Assembly (NCBI GenBank): GCA_010356995.1
Contig: ML996688.1
Coordinates: 1,710,579 to 1,774,578, forward strand
Direction: 5' to 3'
DNA from: Trichodelitschia bisporula
Taxonomy: Eukaryota
Length of the DNA: 64,000 bases
Under the pieces are notes generated by a model, which worked only from the letters and a program-made list of their open reading frames with translations, was not told the origin of the DNA and ran no database searches. Positions within the stretch are counted from its first letter, which is position 1; each line of letters starts with the position of its first letter. Positions 46,806-59,287 of the stretch are shown piece by piece. The translations under genes were made by a program, and so were the position numbers.

Positions 46806-47272
46806 AGATACGGCGATGACGTGGATTTCACCCTCAACACTTCGCGGGGCCGGGTCGATGCACGAGGGTATGACGGTATCACATTACACCGCGCCTGTCC
46901 CCAGCGGAATCGTGGTCCACGGATATCTCGGCCACCGAGACAGCAGTTCGGCAAATTCCGAATGGTCGAGTTATTCCCTTAAGAGGCAATGATCTCCCTT
47001 GGCAACGTCTTTCATTACCCGATCCAGACGATCGATTGATGCCCCACCATTCAAATCGGACGGGTGAGGCCGTGGCGGTCTCGCAAAGTATGAGTATGGT
47101 AAAAGCCGGACGTCGTAGAATGGAGGACGAGGGGACAGCTTGCCGAGAGGTTGGTTTCCATTGGTTGACGGTCTCTTTTCGAATGATCCCACACTGTCGA
47201 GTGCTCCAGTACAAAAGGTCTGACAGAGCTCGCATATATAGACAATAGTAATAGCCTTCACCTCTCACCACC

Positions 47273-48777
47273 ATGGCACCGGAAAAGCCCAATGACGGTA
47301 CGAAAGGAAGCGAACTGTTCGACAGTCCCGTGGCCCTCGAGGCCGCCCTCGAACATTATGAACCAGACACACCCACTGAGCGCGCCCTGGTGCGCAAAAT
47401 CGACCTACGCCTAATGCCAATGCTCTGCCTGATGTTCATTCTCAACTTTCTCGACCGAACCAACATTGTACGGCGATCCTCCCTTCAACCTCTCCCCCCC
47501 TCTCACCTCCCCTAACCCCCCCAGGGCAACGCCAAAATCGCCGGCATGGCCGCCGACCTCTCCCTCTCGGAATCCCGCTACGCCTGGGCCCTCTCCATCT
47601 TCTTCTTCGGCTACATCCTCTTCGAAGTCCCCTCCAACCTCGCCCTCACCCGTGCCCGCCCTAGCATCTACCTCCCCGGGCTAATGATAACATGGGGTGC
47701 GCTCTGCGCGGGCATGGCCAGCGTCCGGTCTTACGAAGGGCTACTGGCGTACCGCGCTGCGCTCGGTGCCGTCGAGGCGGGGTTCTTCCCTGGCATTCTC
47801 TACCTGCTGAGCAGCTGGTACAAGCCTGATGAAATCGGTACGGCCGCCTGACCCTTGCCCCCATTAACCTTTCCCACTCAATCCGTCTCTTACCCACCCC
47901 AGGCAAACGCATCGCCCTAATCTTCACCTCCGCACTCCTCAGCGGCGCCTTCGGCGGCCTCCTCGCCGGCTCCATAATCCCCTCCCTCCACGGTCACGCC
48001 GGGCTGTCCGGATGGCGCTGGCTCTTCCTAATCGAAGGACTGGCTACCATCGTCGTCGCGCTGGCCGCCATTCCCATCCTGCTCGACTTCCCCTCCTCCC
48101 CGCGGCACCTCACGCCGACCGAGCGGGCGCTCGCACACGTCCGCCTCGCACACACTCGCGCAGCCTCCTCACTTACGCTTCCTCCACTCGCGGCGGTGAA
48201 GTCCGCGCTCGCGGACCGAAGAACGTATGTGTTTACGGCGCTGTATGCGCTGGTAATGGGGCCGGCAACGGTCACGTACTTCGTCCCACAGCTTGTGCGT
48301 CCGCTTGCTCGCAACGCTGCACAGGCGCAGTATCTGACTATCCCGATTTACATCCTCGCTGCGCTGAGCCTGACCCTAACATCCCTGTCCTCAGATGCCC
48401 GCGGCGAGCGGCGCGCGCACATCGCCTGCGCGCTCGGGATTGCGGCCGCGGCGGCGCTGGCAGCCGTGTTTGTGACAGCGCTGGGCGGGGCGTATTCGTT
48501 GCTGGCGGTGATGGCGGCGGGGATGTTCTCGGCGGCGCCGCTGGTGTTGGCTTGGATGGGTGATGTGCTGCGGGATGGGGCGGCGGAGAAGAGGGCCGTG
48601 GGGTTGGCGGTGGCGAATGCGGTGGGGCATGCGGTGCAGGTTGGGGCGACGAGGGGGTGGCATCGTGGGAATGTCGGGTGGGGGTTTGCGGCTGCGTGCC
48701 TGGGGGCGGGGGCTTTGGTTGCGGGGTGCGGGAGGGGGATGGGGGAACGAAGGGTGAGGGGGAGAGAGGGAGATTAG
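47273..48777 (+). CDS. MFS transporter, anion:cation symporter (Dal5/Tna1-like) family, 2 introns
   Basis: LVRKIDLRLMP..FLDRTNI|GNAKIAG..FEVPSN..EAGFFPG..SSWYK..GWRWLFLIEG. Confidence 0.9.
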
Positions 48778-48817
48778 AGATGATATCCATTACGCGCCTA
48801 TGTAAGATCTTTCCGTC

Positions 48818-50823
48818 CTACGCCTTCTTGTCGAACTTCTCGTGCTCCGGAATCGTGGGTGAGTCCTTCACCTCACCGCCACCGTGCGCCGCAGCCGGAT
48901 TCTCCTCCTCCTCGTACGTCATGAACGTATCGTCATTCATCCACCTATACCGCCAATGGAAAACGATAGTAACAACGAACAGCGCCATCGCCGGCGCAGC
49001 CCACACCCACTCCAACCACGGGTCCTCAATCGCAGGGGTCAGAACCTGCGCCAGCGCACTGCTCAACGCGTTCATGAATAGGAAAATGGACATTACGAGC
49101 GCGCGCATGTTCTTCGGGCTCCGCGCGTAGGCGATTTCGTATGCGGTGACCTGGCAGAAACACTCGCTCATCGCGCCGAGGATGACGACGGGCATCTGTA
49201 CCCAGACGGAGATGGGGGAGACGCGGGCTCCGACCTTGCACCCCGTGGCGTGTTTACCGCAGGGAGAGGTCTTGTAAATGTACCACTGGATGAGAGTCCC
49301 GACAATGCCGCTGATCCACGCGAGGGTGAAGCCGAAGGTGATGCGCGTGGTGCGACCGGGCATCATGTTACGCTTCTGGAGCTGCGGGTAGATGACGTGG
49401 GTGAGCAGCGGGACGAAGAGGATGATGGTTAGCGGGTTGAAGTTGTTGATTAGATCGTTGGGGGCGCCCTTTGTTGTCATGCTTGCGGCTTGGGAGGACA
49501 TGACGCTGCCGATGCCGCCGTTGTTGACTGTGGGTGTTAGAATGGGGGGGAAGAGGGGGGTGAGAGGGGGAACTTACGGTACCAGATGGGGAAGTACAGG
49601 AACATCATGCATGCGGAGAGCGTGCGGCGCACATCATCAACGAAGTGGTCCGTCCAGGGGATGGGCTTGCCCTTGTACGTGGTTATGCCCTTAGCAGCGA
49701 GGGCGGACGGCTTCGCGCCCTCAATGCGCCAGAAGCGACCTTTCTCCGCTTTAAAGGCGATGGCGAGGATCTGGAAGAATTTCTCCACCTCAGAGCCATT
49801 GGGCTTTACTCTTTTCGTTTTCTTGTACGTGAGGAGTAGGCCGAGTGGGAGGAGGAAGTAGATGATGCCCGGCAGGAGGAAGGCGAGCCAGAATCCGATT
49901 CGCTTTTCGGCGTAGACGACGCCGATGGGGAAGAAGCCGCCGATGTTGACGAAGCAGTAGAAGATTAGGCTGATGCGGTTGATGGTCATCTCCGGGTCGA
50001 TGATGACGCGCTCGCCGGTCTTCAGCTCCGTGACGTAGTCGTGCTGCTGCTCGTACTGATCCAGCACCGTCGGGAGGATATTCGGCTTGAAAATCCCAGC
50101 CCCGATAGCGAGGATAAACAAGCTGATGATGAACGGCGGGAGCCCATGACCCTTCTGCAGCACCGACGGCAGCGCCCCGAAGATCTGGATTATATGCGCC
50201 ACGCCGCAGATCAGCACGCCGATGAGAATAGCCGGATACCGCCCGATCCTAGTGTCCGCAATCCAGGCGCCGTAAATAGGCAGCGTATACGCCAGGAACT
50301 TGAACAGCAGGACAAAGGCATTGCTGAACTTCAAGCCTTTATCCAGCGCACCAGCCGGCTGCTCCGAACCACGCGGAGGCGCCCCAGCACCATTACCACC
50401 TGCACACATCAGCCTCTTCCCCTAGCTCACACAGGGCAAACCCACCATCCGGCAGCGGAAACTGCATAAAGTTATTAAACACCTGGCTGGCACCATAATA
50501 CGACGCGCGCTCCGCAAACTCGACAACGCAGAGGAGGTAGGCCATCCAAGGAATGGATCCGGGAACACGGCGCAGCGTGGCCTTCTCCTCCTCCGTCGGG
50601 CGCGGGAACGCAGGATCATCGTAGAACTGCTCGCGCCCGGAGCCAGTCTCATCCGCGGTCTCGAGCGCGAATTGCTTCTCCGAGATGACGGCCGAGGCGC
50701 GCGAGGCTGCCGCCACCGCGCTGGCGGGCGGTTGCGATGCGACCGCGTCGGTGAAGACGGCGTTGGTAGTCGCTGACATTGTTAGCTGTGTCAATGGCAC
50801 CTGTAATTCAAGCACTCACACAT
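48818..50823 (-). CDS. PTR2: POT/PTR family di/tripeptide transporter, 3 introns
   Basis: VEFAERASYYG (ExxERxxYYG), GAWIADTRIGRY, GIFKPNI, FYCFVNIGG and AYEIAYARSPKNM. Confidence 0.94.
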
Positions 50824-52510
50824 TGTTGCAGTGGGACGTTGGGAGACGACGTCTGCTTGTAACACGGACCGATGCTATATTATACCCCAATGCCCACTCC
50901 CGCAACCCGGTCGCACGCCATCTCCGTCCGCCATGCCGTCCCCAGCCTAGATCCCTTATCACCTCCCTTTCCGTGCACAAATTACGCCGCGAATAGCACG
51001 AATCTTAGAGTAATCGCATTGAGTGCCGCGTGCTTGGCAGCCCCGATCGTTCGGAGGGAAGGGGAGGACGGTATCTGCAAGAAGAAACCGTAGGATGCGG
51101 GCACACGCTCTCCCGGCTCCAGCGCTGCATCTGGCCGGCGGCACGGGTACCGTTTCGGAAAGATAACGTGCGGCGTGGTGATGCGGTGGGATAAGAAGGG
51201 CAGGTGGTAGGGCAAATGGTAGGGCACCCATGCCTCGGCTGGCCGGCGCGTGGATTAATATAGTGGGGTCCCCGGGATTCGCTTCATGCGGCATTGCGGA
51301 TTTTGGGCTGCGATCGCTGCGTGGAGTCGGTAAGAGGCCGATTGATGAGGTCGATGGATTTTGGGGGGGGGGGGGGGTGGGGGCACCATCCAGAAGGCTC
51401 TGAGGAGACTTGGAATGGCTGAACTGGGAGGTGATGTTGGACTGGTCAAACTTGGCAGCCTTGTGGTTTCGTCGCGTCGACGCCTATTTGTCGAGGTCAA
51501 CCCGTTGAGGAGACGCGCAACGGCTTTGCAGTAGCTGCGGGTAACTAGGGCGTTCGCCCGATGATGCACAGCCGTTTCTTTGTTCACCGATAAACCAATT
51601 GAGCTGGCTGCCCGTCGTAGCACAAGTCTAATTCCCGTTGAACCACTTCCGCATGGGCATGAGTCGCGGATCGCCAGCAGATAATGGCGAATAGTTGAAA
51701 AGTATGGCGTCGAGACTGGGATCGCGCCGTTCCCCTCTCCGCATCCTGTCCCCGGCCTGCTGAAATGGGCAAGTGTTCCCGGGATACGGCCTCGGGCAGC
51801 CTTCTGGATCGGGCAGCTTTCGTGGGGTCAGTAGGTATCGGTGCAGACTGCGGACTCGCCTGCTGAATGTGGAATCTTTGTTCAGTCCCAAAATACAACA
51901 ACTATCGTGAGCAACCTCATGAGGTTTGCCGAGCGGGACCTGCTACTTTGGACACATTGAGTTCTTGTAATGGATGGGCCCGGCGAAGGGAAGGTAACGT
52001 TACCGTCCCTTAGCGAATAACAAAAGGTGGGGGATTCACATCCGGCACCCTCGGTTCGAGAAGCTCGAACCGTGACCCAGGTCCCGGGAAACGCAGCCCA
52101 TGAGCTCTGATATTAAGAAGATCTTGCTTTGAATAGAAGGCTTCTTCTCCGCATGATCGCCGAACCAGCTAATGGAGTCGATGCAGTACGGTGCTATGCG
52201 TCGTAAGATGATGTCCAGGGTCCGAGAGAGCCTGTAGATTCTAGTAAATGTAGACATGCTACCAAGCTTGAAGCAAGTCTGAGTACACAGCAATGCTGCA
52301 CATAAGCTCCACCTGCACTATGAGAAGAGCGAGTAGTAACGGAGCAGGACTCCTGACCTTTTGCCGTAACCGCCCGTATGTCATTCTCAACAAAGCGACT
52401 GGCCGTCCTACGCCTGAAAACTCCCATACCATTTTCGAATCCCTCTTGCGACCATGACCCCAAGCGCCCTCATGCCGTAAACCACAAAAACAGGGTATCA
52501 TTTGAACCGC

Positions 52511-53047
52511 TCAATCGCTCGAAGAGCATCCCCGGCACCCGCAGCTGACGCACTCGATCGTCTGTTCGTCCTTCATCTGATCGCGCGGCACCCGGCATAT
52601 GCACGTGCTGTTGAAGTTTGTCTCCTTAGTCTGAATGCAGCGGAGGCAGCAAAGCTACACACGTTAGCCAGAGTCCCACATATCCCCAAACGGACGCACC
52701 TTTTCATAGCCTTGCTTCTTCCACTTGGCGATCAGGTTCGCATCTGCATAGCCGTTCTTCAGCAGCCAGTCGTAAAGCTTCTTCGAGATCGCCTCCTTCT
52801 CATAATACATATCGTAGATGTACCGTGATCCTGTACGTGTTAGCTTCGCCCCATATCTGTGCAAGAATCACATACGCTGATGTGTGATCTGGAAGATCGG
52901 CCACACGGTCTCATACCGCTTCTTCCCCTCATGGGTCGCATTCTCTGCATCCTTCATTTTATTCTGGAACTCCAGCAGCGTATCCTCGATGTCTTCGAAC
53001 CCGTCTGGTGGGGGCTTGCGGTTGCGCGCGGTGCGAATAGGCGGCAT
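52511..53047 (-). CDS. BUD31: Splicing factor Bud31/Cwc14 (G10 family), 2 introns
   Basis: [80 protein letters not shown]. Confidence 0.97.
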
Positions 53048-53314
53048 GGCGGCAGCGGAGAGGGAGTGACAGCGAGGATCAGATAGATATAAGTGTAGAG
53101 GACGTGAAGCAAAAGCCCTGCAGACTTGGTCGCGATGATATGCTGTTGCAAATTCAACTGTGACGATGCTGCGCGCGGGCAACTTGAAGCTTGGCACCGC
53201 CACACCGCCACCACCTTTCCGTCATCAAGCGCGCGCGAATCTACTCAATAGCCGCGACGACCTCCCCTCACCACTAACAGCTGCACATCGCCAATTCGCC
53301 CGCCCGAGCCCAGC

Positions 53315-53859
53315 ATGATCAACCCGACGTACCTGGCGCAGCGCACGCGCACCTGTAAGGCCCAATCCCCAGCTCAGAGACTTCGCTAACCCGCCGTAGC
53401 GGCCAGCTGGGCCGATGCGAAGTCGCGAGTGATCAAATCGTACCGGGACTGGCTGCGGGCTGTGAGTTGCGTCCGAGGGGGGATTGGCGGATGGCTGATG
53501 GAACGCAGGCTCCGGAGATTCAGTCGATGTACACGATGAATATGCCTGTGCCGCGGATACGCACGAAGATCCGGCAGGAGTTTGAGAAGAACCGCATGGT
53601 CAAGCACTTGCCGACGGTTGATGTGTTGATCACGCATTCGCATACTGAGTTCCAAGTGCGTTGGACTCGGGAATAGGGGCTATGCTAATGGGCTAGGAAA
53701 CCATGAACTTCTGGAAGCAGCTGAATCACGTCATGAAGTACTTCCGTACGGAAGAGGAACCCACGGCTCGCCTGCCGCCGAATTTCATCACTGGTTTCTT
53801 GGAGGTAGGAGTTCTCCATGTTGCTAGGACTCCGCTGACTTCTATAGGGTCGCAACTAG
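53315..53859 (+). CDS. NADH:ubiquinone oxidoreductase 14.8 kDa LYR subunit (NDUFA6/NB4M), 4 introns
   Basis: MINPTYLAQRTR..WADAKSRVIKSYRDWLRA|APEIQSMY..IRQEFEKNR..EFQ|ETMNFWKQLNHVMKYFR..FLE|GRN. Confidence 0.94.
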
Positions 53860-54134
53860 AATGCATGTCGGGTAGATGTACATAGTCTCTGCAACCTGAA
53901 TCATTCACCCGAGATGTCCTTCCACTGCTACTTCTCTGCCCAAAATTCCCTAACGCGATGGGACCCGCAAGATGTCGTTAGCCCTGTGTAATAAAGACAA
54001 CCGACTGCTCAAGCTATAAGTGCGTTGTGTACCTCAATCGTGCGCCGTCCATCCTAGATCAGCCTAGCCGTCCTGCGCCGAACCCACCGTAACCCAATGC
54101 TACGAAACCGCCCTCATGTCGTACGAAAGCGCTT

Positions 54135-54655
54135 TCATGTTGCAGACGCACTCAGAAACTCCTCGCGAGCAGTCGTGAACTTCTCGACAACCACATCACA
54201 CATATCCTGCAAGTCGTTCAAGCCCTTCTCGAGAACATCGTGCACATTGACGCCATCTGCCAATCAGCATCTTTCCTTGACATCCGAGATGCACTAACCG
54301 TATGTCTGTATTCTCAGGTGCATCTTCGCCTCTGCCGGATGAGGGATCGAGTAGCCGCAGAACTCGACGTCAGGGCTAAACCGTCAGCGTGGGTACTGAG
54401 ACGCAGCGACGAACCCACTTCTTCATGATGATATGCCGCAACGCATTCCCGAGTGTATGGTCCTCCTCAATGAACTCGAATGACGCTGCTGTGTCCGTTG
54501 CACCGGGAAGCTATGTTCGTTAGCAATACGCGCAAAGTGTCGGAACGACGTACCACGCGCAAGAGACGCTCGCCCTCGCCATCGCTCTCCTCTTCCTCCT
54601 GCTGCGCCGTGCCGTTCTCGGCAACGACATCCTCCATTTCTTGATCTTGCGACAT
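54135..54655 (-). CDS. RPC19: RNA polymerase I/III shared subunit AC19, 3 introns
   Basis: LPGATDTAASFEFIEEDHTLGNALRHIIMK|..VEFCGYSIPHPAEAKMHLRIQT..LEKGLNDLQDMCDVV. Confidence 0.95.
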
Positions 54656-54983
54656 GTTGAGTGTATGTAATGGAATAGTGTGACAGTGGAAATGTTGTGC
54701 TTCTGCTGTGGGAGATGTAACCTGTGGCGTAGGCAACAAAAATCAAGATCTTATCTTATCGCCATCTCCGCCATTGGCCGCAGAAAAATTCACCCCGCGT
54801 TCGCTTTGCCTGTGGCGGGGCTAGGGTACTTAGCGGCGAATATGAGGGGCGGCTTTTGTTGTAGACGACTCGAGATACAAAAACAATTCACCTTCACGCT
54901 CAACATCCCTCATCTCGCCTTGTCGATTTTCTACGTATAACCTCAATTCCATCCCCTACATTCCACCTTTCATCCCGCCCACC

Positions 54984-55652
54984 ATGGCCGCCCCCCGCCG
55001 CACCACAACGCTCAACCGCGACACCAACGAGACCAAAATCCAACTGGCTCTCAGCCTGGACGGCGGTGCCCTCGAAGCCGAGTCCTCCTCCGAAACCCCC
55101 AAGGAGTGCCACGCAGCGCAGGTGTCCAAGTCGCAAACCATCGACATCGACACCGGGATCGGCTTCCTAGACCACATGCTGCACGCCCTGTCCAAGCACG
55201 CAGGTTGGTCTCTACGCCTGCGCTGCCGCGGCGACCTGCACATCGACGACCACCACACAGCGGAAGATGTATGCATCGCGCTCGGCATGGCATTCAAGAC
55301 CGCGCTCGGGTCGTCGACCGGGCTCGCGCGGTTCGGTTACGCGTATGCGCCGCTCGATGAGGCGCTGGCGCGGGCGGTGGTGGATCTGTCGAACCGCCCG
55401 TACTCGGTGATTGATCTGGGCTTGAAAAGGGAGAAGATTGGCGATTTGAGCACGGAGATGCTGCCACATTGTTTGCAGAGCTGGGCGCAGGGCGCGGGGG
55501 TTACGCTGCATGTTGATGTGTTGCGCGGGGAGAATGATCATCATCGGGCTGAGAGTGCGTTTAAGGCGCTTGCTGTGGCGGTAAGAATGGCGACGAGTCC
55601 GGTTGCGGGGCGGGAGGGTGAGGTCATGAGCACGAAGGGTGTTTTGTACTAG
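54984..55652 (+). CDS. HIS3: Imidazoleglycerol-phosphate dehydratase
   Basis: [50 protein letters not shown] and STKGVL. Confidence 0.98.
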   Translation: MAAPRRTTTLNRDTNETKIQLALSLDGGALEAESSSETPKECHAAQVSKSQTIDIDTGIGFLDHMLHALSKHAGWSLRLRCRGDLHIDDHHTAEDVCIALGMAFKTALGSSTGLARFGYAYAPLDEALARAVVDLSNRPYSVIDLGLKREKIGDLSTEMLPHCLQSWAQGAGVTLHVDVLRGENDHHRAESAFKALAVAVRMATSPVAGREGEVMSTKGVLY

Positions 55653-55741
55653 TCATATACCCGAAGCAAAAGCGCGCTTAGATTATCAATGGCAGGCTAG
55701 AGGCTTGGTCTAGTTGATATGTACAGGCGATCTTGACACCC

Positions 55742-56489
55742 TTATTCCCTCGGCTTCGCCACCGGCGTCCACGCGTGGTACTTGGGCTTCGTGCTGGACG
55801 TGTAAGCCGTGGTTTTGCGGACGGAAGGCGATGCTTACGTGCTGTACGGCTTGTATGCGGACCGAGAAGCCGTCATGTTGGGCCGATGGGTCGGGGGCTC
55901 CCAGACACGGATGCCCGGCTGGAGAATGGGGTCAGAGGGCGGAGCCTTGTCAACCATATACGACATCCAAGCGTGCCTGTGCTGTCAGCATCGCCAGCAA
56001 TACGGACAGGCACCTTACCATCCGGGCTCAATCTGCGAACTACGATCATTAGCACGAGTTCAACACCAACACGCCGCCACTTACGGATCTTCACGATAGT
56101 CCTTGTAGTCCACCCAGCGCGTTCTCACTGCCGCCGTTAGCGGTGCCGCGTCCCCGGTGCGCAGTACGTACGCGGCAGCTCCTCCTCCAGATTCTCAAAG
56201 AACTTGTTTCCGAAGCGGTCGACGCCGATCAGTGTGCCCGCCTTGGTGTCACCTATCCATGTCAACCCCACCCTCATCCTCAATCGCAGCGATGTCGCAT
56301 ACCAATGTGCTAACGCGCAGAAGCAGTCGTGGTTAGCCCGCAGCCCGCGAAAAGGGCGTACGCCGTACCTGCAGCTGGTGGCCATATTCCTGCTCCCTGT
56401 CAGCTTGTGGCGCCTCAATGCAGCGCGCAGATACATACCTTCAGCCCTATCCGGCGCAGGTTCCGCAGCGTCCTCAGAATCGTAGACAT
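55742..56489 (-). CDS. NADH:ubiquinone oxidoreductase subunit NDUFA12/B17.2 (N7BM), about 7 introns including a 7-nt microexon
   Basis: MSTILRTLRNLRRIGLK|EYGHQLQ|HIG|DTKAGTLIGVDRFGNKFFE..LRTRWVDY..SQIEPGW|HAWMSY. Confidence 0.93.
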
Positions 56490-56663
56490 GGCGGCGGTGG
56501 GAGAGCTGTGATGCGGTTGGTGACGAGTTGTGAGGTTGACGTCGGGGATGGCTCGGCCCGAACCCGAACGATCAGGCGCTAAGGCTTGGGCTTGGCGGAC
56601 ATATCGAAGTCACGACTTCGCGAGGGGCGGAAGAGTATCTCGAGTGCTTTGCAGATCGTTGAT

Positions 56664-58409
56664 ATGATTGTTCGAAGCTTTGCGCGGTGTGTGAGGTCGA
56701 AGGCGCCGTCGTTTTCGCGGCCTCAATTTCAGCGCGCGCGTGTTTCGAGGGCGTATTCTACGTCTACCCAGCCTCCGCCGTCGAATCAGCCATCGTCGAT
56801 TTCCGCATTAGGAGGATTGACAGCTGAATTGGACAAATTATCGCCGCGGTTTGAGATTGACGCTTCTCAGATTGAGATCCTCAAGACGCCTTCTGAGTTT
56901 TATGAAGTTCTTAAAGTTAGTTCTGCCGGGTTTTCTGTCTACAGTCCAATCGATCTCTTATCCTCCATATGCTTTGATATGATGTTTACAAAAGCAGTTC
57001 AAAATCTCCCATGCTAAACGCCGCATCTTCCTCTCGACTCTCTACATCGGCAAAACCGAACATGAACTTGTACGTTGATCAACCCATCGCGGACCCAGCC
57101 AACGACGTAGATCTCTACCCTCCATGCCGCCCTCAAGCGCAACCCCGACCTCAAACTCTCGATCCTAACCGACGCCCTGCGCGGGACTCGCGAATCGCCC
57201 AACCCATCATGCGCCTCGCTTCTAGCACCATTGATATCCGAGTTCGGGCCCCGCGTCGAAATCCGCATGTTCCACACGCCCAATCTAACCGGCATCCGCA
57301 AGGCGCTGGTACCAAAGCGCATCAACGAGGGATGGGGCCTGCAGCACATGAAGCTGTACGGCATTGACGACGAACTCATCATGTCGGGGTATACCTCCCC
57401 CGCTCCTCACGCCCCACATCAGACTAACCCCTGCAGCGCAAATCTCTCCGACGACTACTTCACCAACCGCCAGGACCGATACCACGTCTTCTCCTCCGCC
57501 GCCGTAACCGCCTACTTCGCCCGCGTCCACCACGCCGTCTCCTCGCTCTCCTTCCAAGTCCATCCCTCCCCCACCGAAGCAGGCTACACCCTAACCTGGC
57601 CCTCAACCAACCCCTCCCCCTCCCCCCTCTCCAACCCACACGCCTTCCGCACAGCAGCAACGCACGAGCTAACCCCCCTCCTCCACCCCCCAGCCCCACC
57701 CACCGCCTCAAAGTCCCAAACCCTCCTCTACCCCCTCCTGCAATTCACCCCCGTCCTCACCCCTGACTCCTCCACCGAACTCCCCGCCCTAACCGCGCTG
57801 CTCACCTCCCTCCGCGCGCCCCCCTTCGGCCCCTCCTCGCGCTGGACCTTCACGGCAGGGTATTTCAACATGACGCCGAGCTTCCGCGACATGCTCCTCT
57901 CATCCCGACCGGGCCGCGCGACCGTCATCGCCGCCGCGCCAGAAGCGAACGGGTTCTTCAACAGCGGCGGCGTGTCCGGCCTGCTCCCAGCCGCATACAC
58001 GCACCTTAGCCGGAAGTTCGTCGAAGCGGCATCGGCCGCCGGGCTCGCATCCAACATCACGCTCAAGGAGTGGCGGCGCGGCACGGTCGGCACGCCTGGC
58101 GGGTGGACGTACCACGCGAAAGGCATTTGGGCGTGGTTACCCGGCGAAGCCGGGGATGCGGGGCCGAGCGTGAGTGTGGTTGGGAGTTCGAATTTTACGG
58201 CCCGGAGTTATGGGTTGGATCTTGAGGCGGGGGTGTGCGTTGTTACGGCGGATGAGGGGTTGAGGAAGAGGTTGGCGGGGGAGGTGGAGCATTTGGAGAG
58301 TTGGGCGGAGCCGGTTGGGGAGTTTGAGTTTGAGAGGGTGGAACGGAGGGTGGGACCGCATGTTCGTTTGGCGATGTGGATTGTTAAGGTGCTTGGGGGG
58401 GCGTTGTAG
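56664..58409 (+). CDS. PGS1: Phosphatidylglycerophosphate synthase (PLD superfamily), 3 introns
   Basis: Mitochondrial presequence, RIFLSTLYIG, DALRGTR, EGWGLQHMKLYG, ANLSDDYFTNRQDRY and WTYHAKG..VGSSNFTARS. Confidence 0.95.
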
Positions 58410-59287
58410 GGGTGGAGACGAGCGTTCGGCTGTCGGGAGGCTTGTTGGCGGGCGTCGATGTCAATGGCCTGGTTTGTCTATAGGGAGCATCGCAGATGGT
58501 CTAGCCGTGGCCAGTTTTTAGATACATATAGCTACAGTAGTAGCGAACAGTCAGCCGCTCTGCCTGGAATGGTTACAATCAGATTCATCCCAATCTCCAA
58601 TGCTTGCCGCTTCAAGTAATGTTGCCGACATCGGCCGTCGTCCCTTCGTTTGATAGTGGTAACCCGACGTCATTGTGAATCCCGTGAGGTCGTACCTTCC
58701 TCCGGCCCCAACGACCCCGCATCACCAGCAGCATGTCGTCCCAGCTTTCATCTCACCAAGCAGCAACTCCCAACTCCTCAACAACCAAACTTCACATGGA
58801 GTCACAGCAGAAGAAACCCCATCGGGAGAGCAAAAGACTTGATTCCGTTTAGGTACTACAACCCAACCAGCAATTACCCGCTTACGAAAAGACAGATACA
58901 AGGAAACAGAGATTCCATCCACCAGATCGCTAAAAGACAAGGAAACCCACAGCCGTAAAGGCCACAAATACGCCGAATCCCACAATCGCACCCAGGAATC
59001 AGCAGCGCGCGAGCACACAAGGGGTATATCGTCAATCGTGCCATCAGACCCCCAACCCCGCCGCCATCGCGCCCGTCAACTCCCACCTCCGACCATATCA
59101 TGGGGTATCGTAACATCATCGCAGGTCATCAAGAACCAAGGAAATCGTTCCGTCGTCGGCCGGCGTCAGCGCCAAACCAAGTGGAGGAAAGGCCGCATTG
59201 GAGCCCTCCGTTGTCGTTTAAAACAGGCCACTGTTGAGACCTTTGAGGTGAGAATCCCGCCGAAAGACAAACAGACAACCGCGCACC

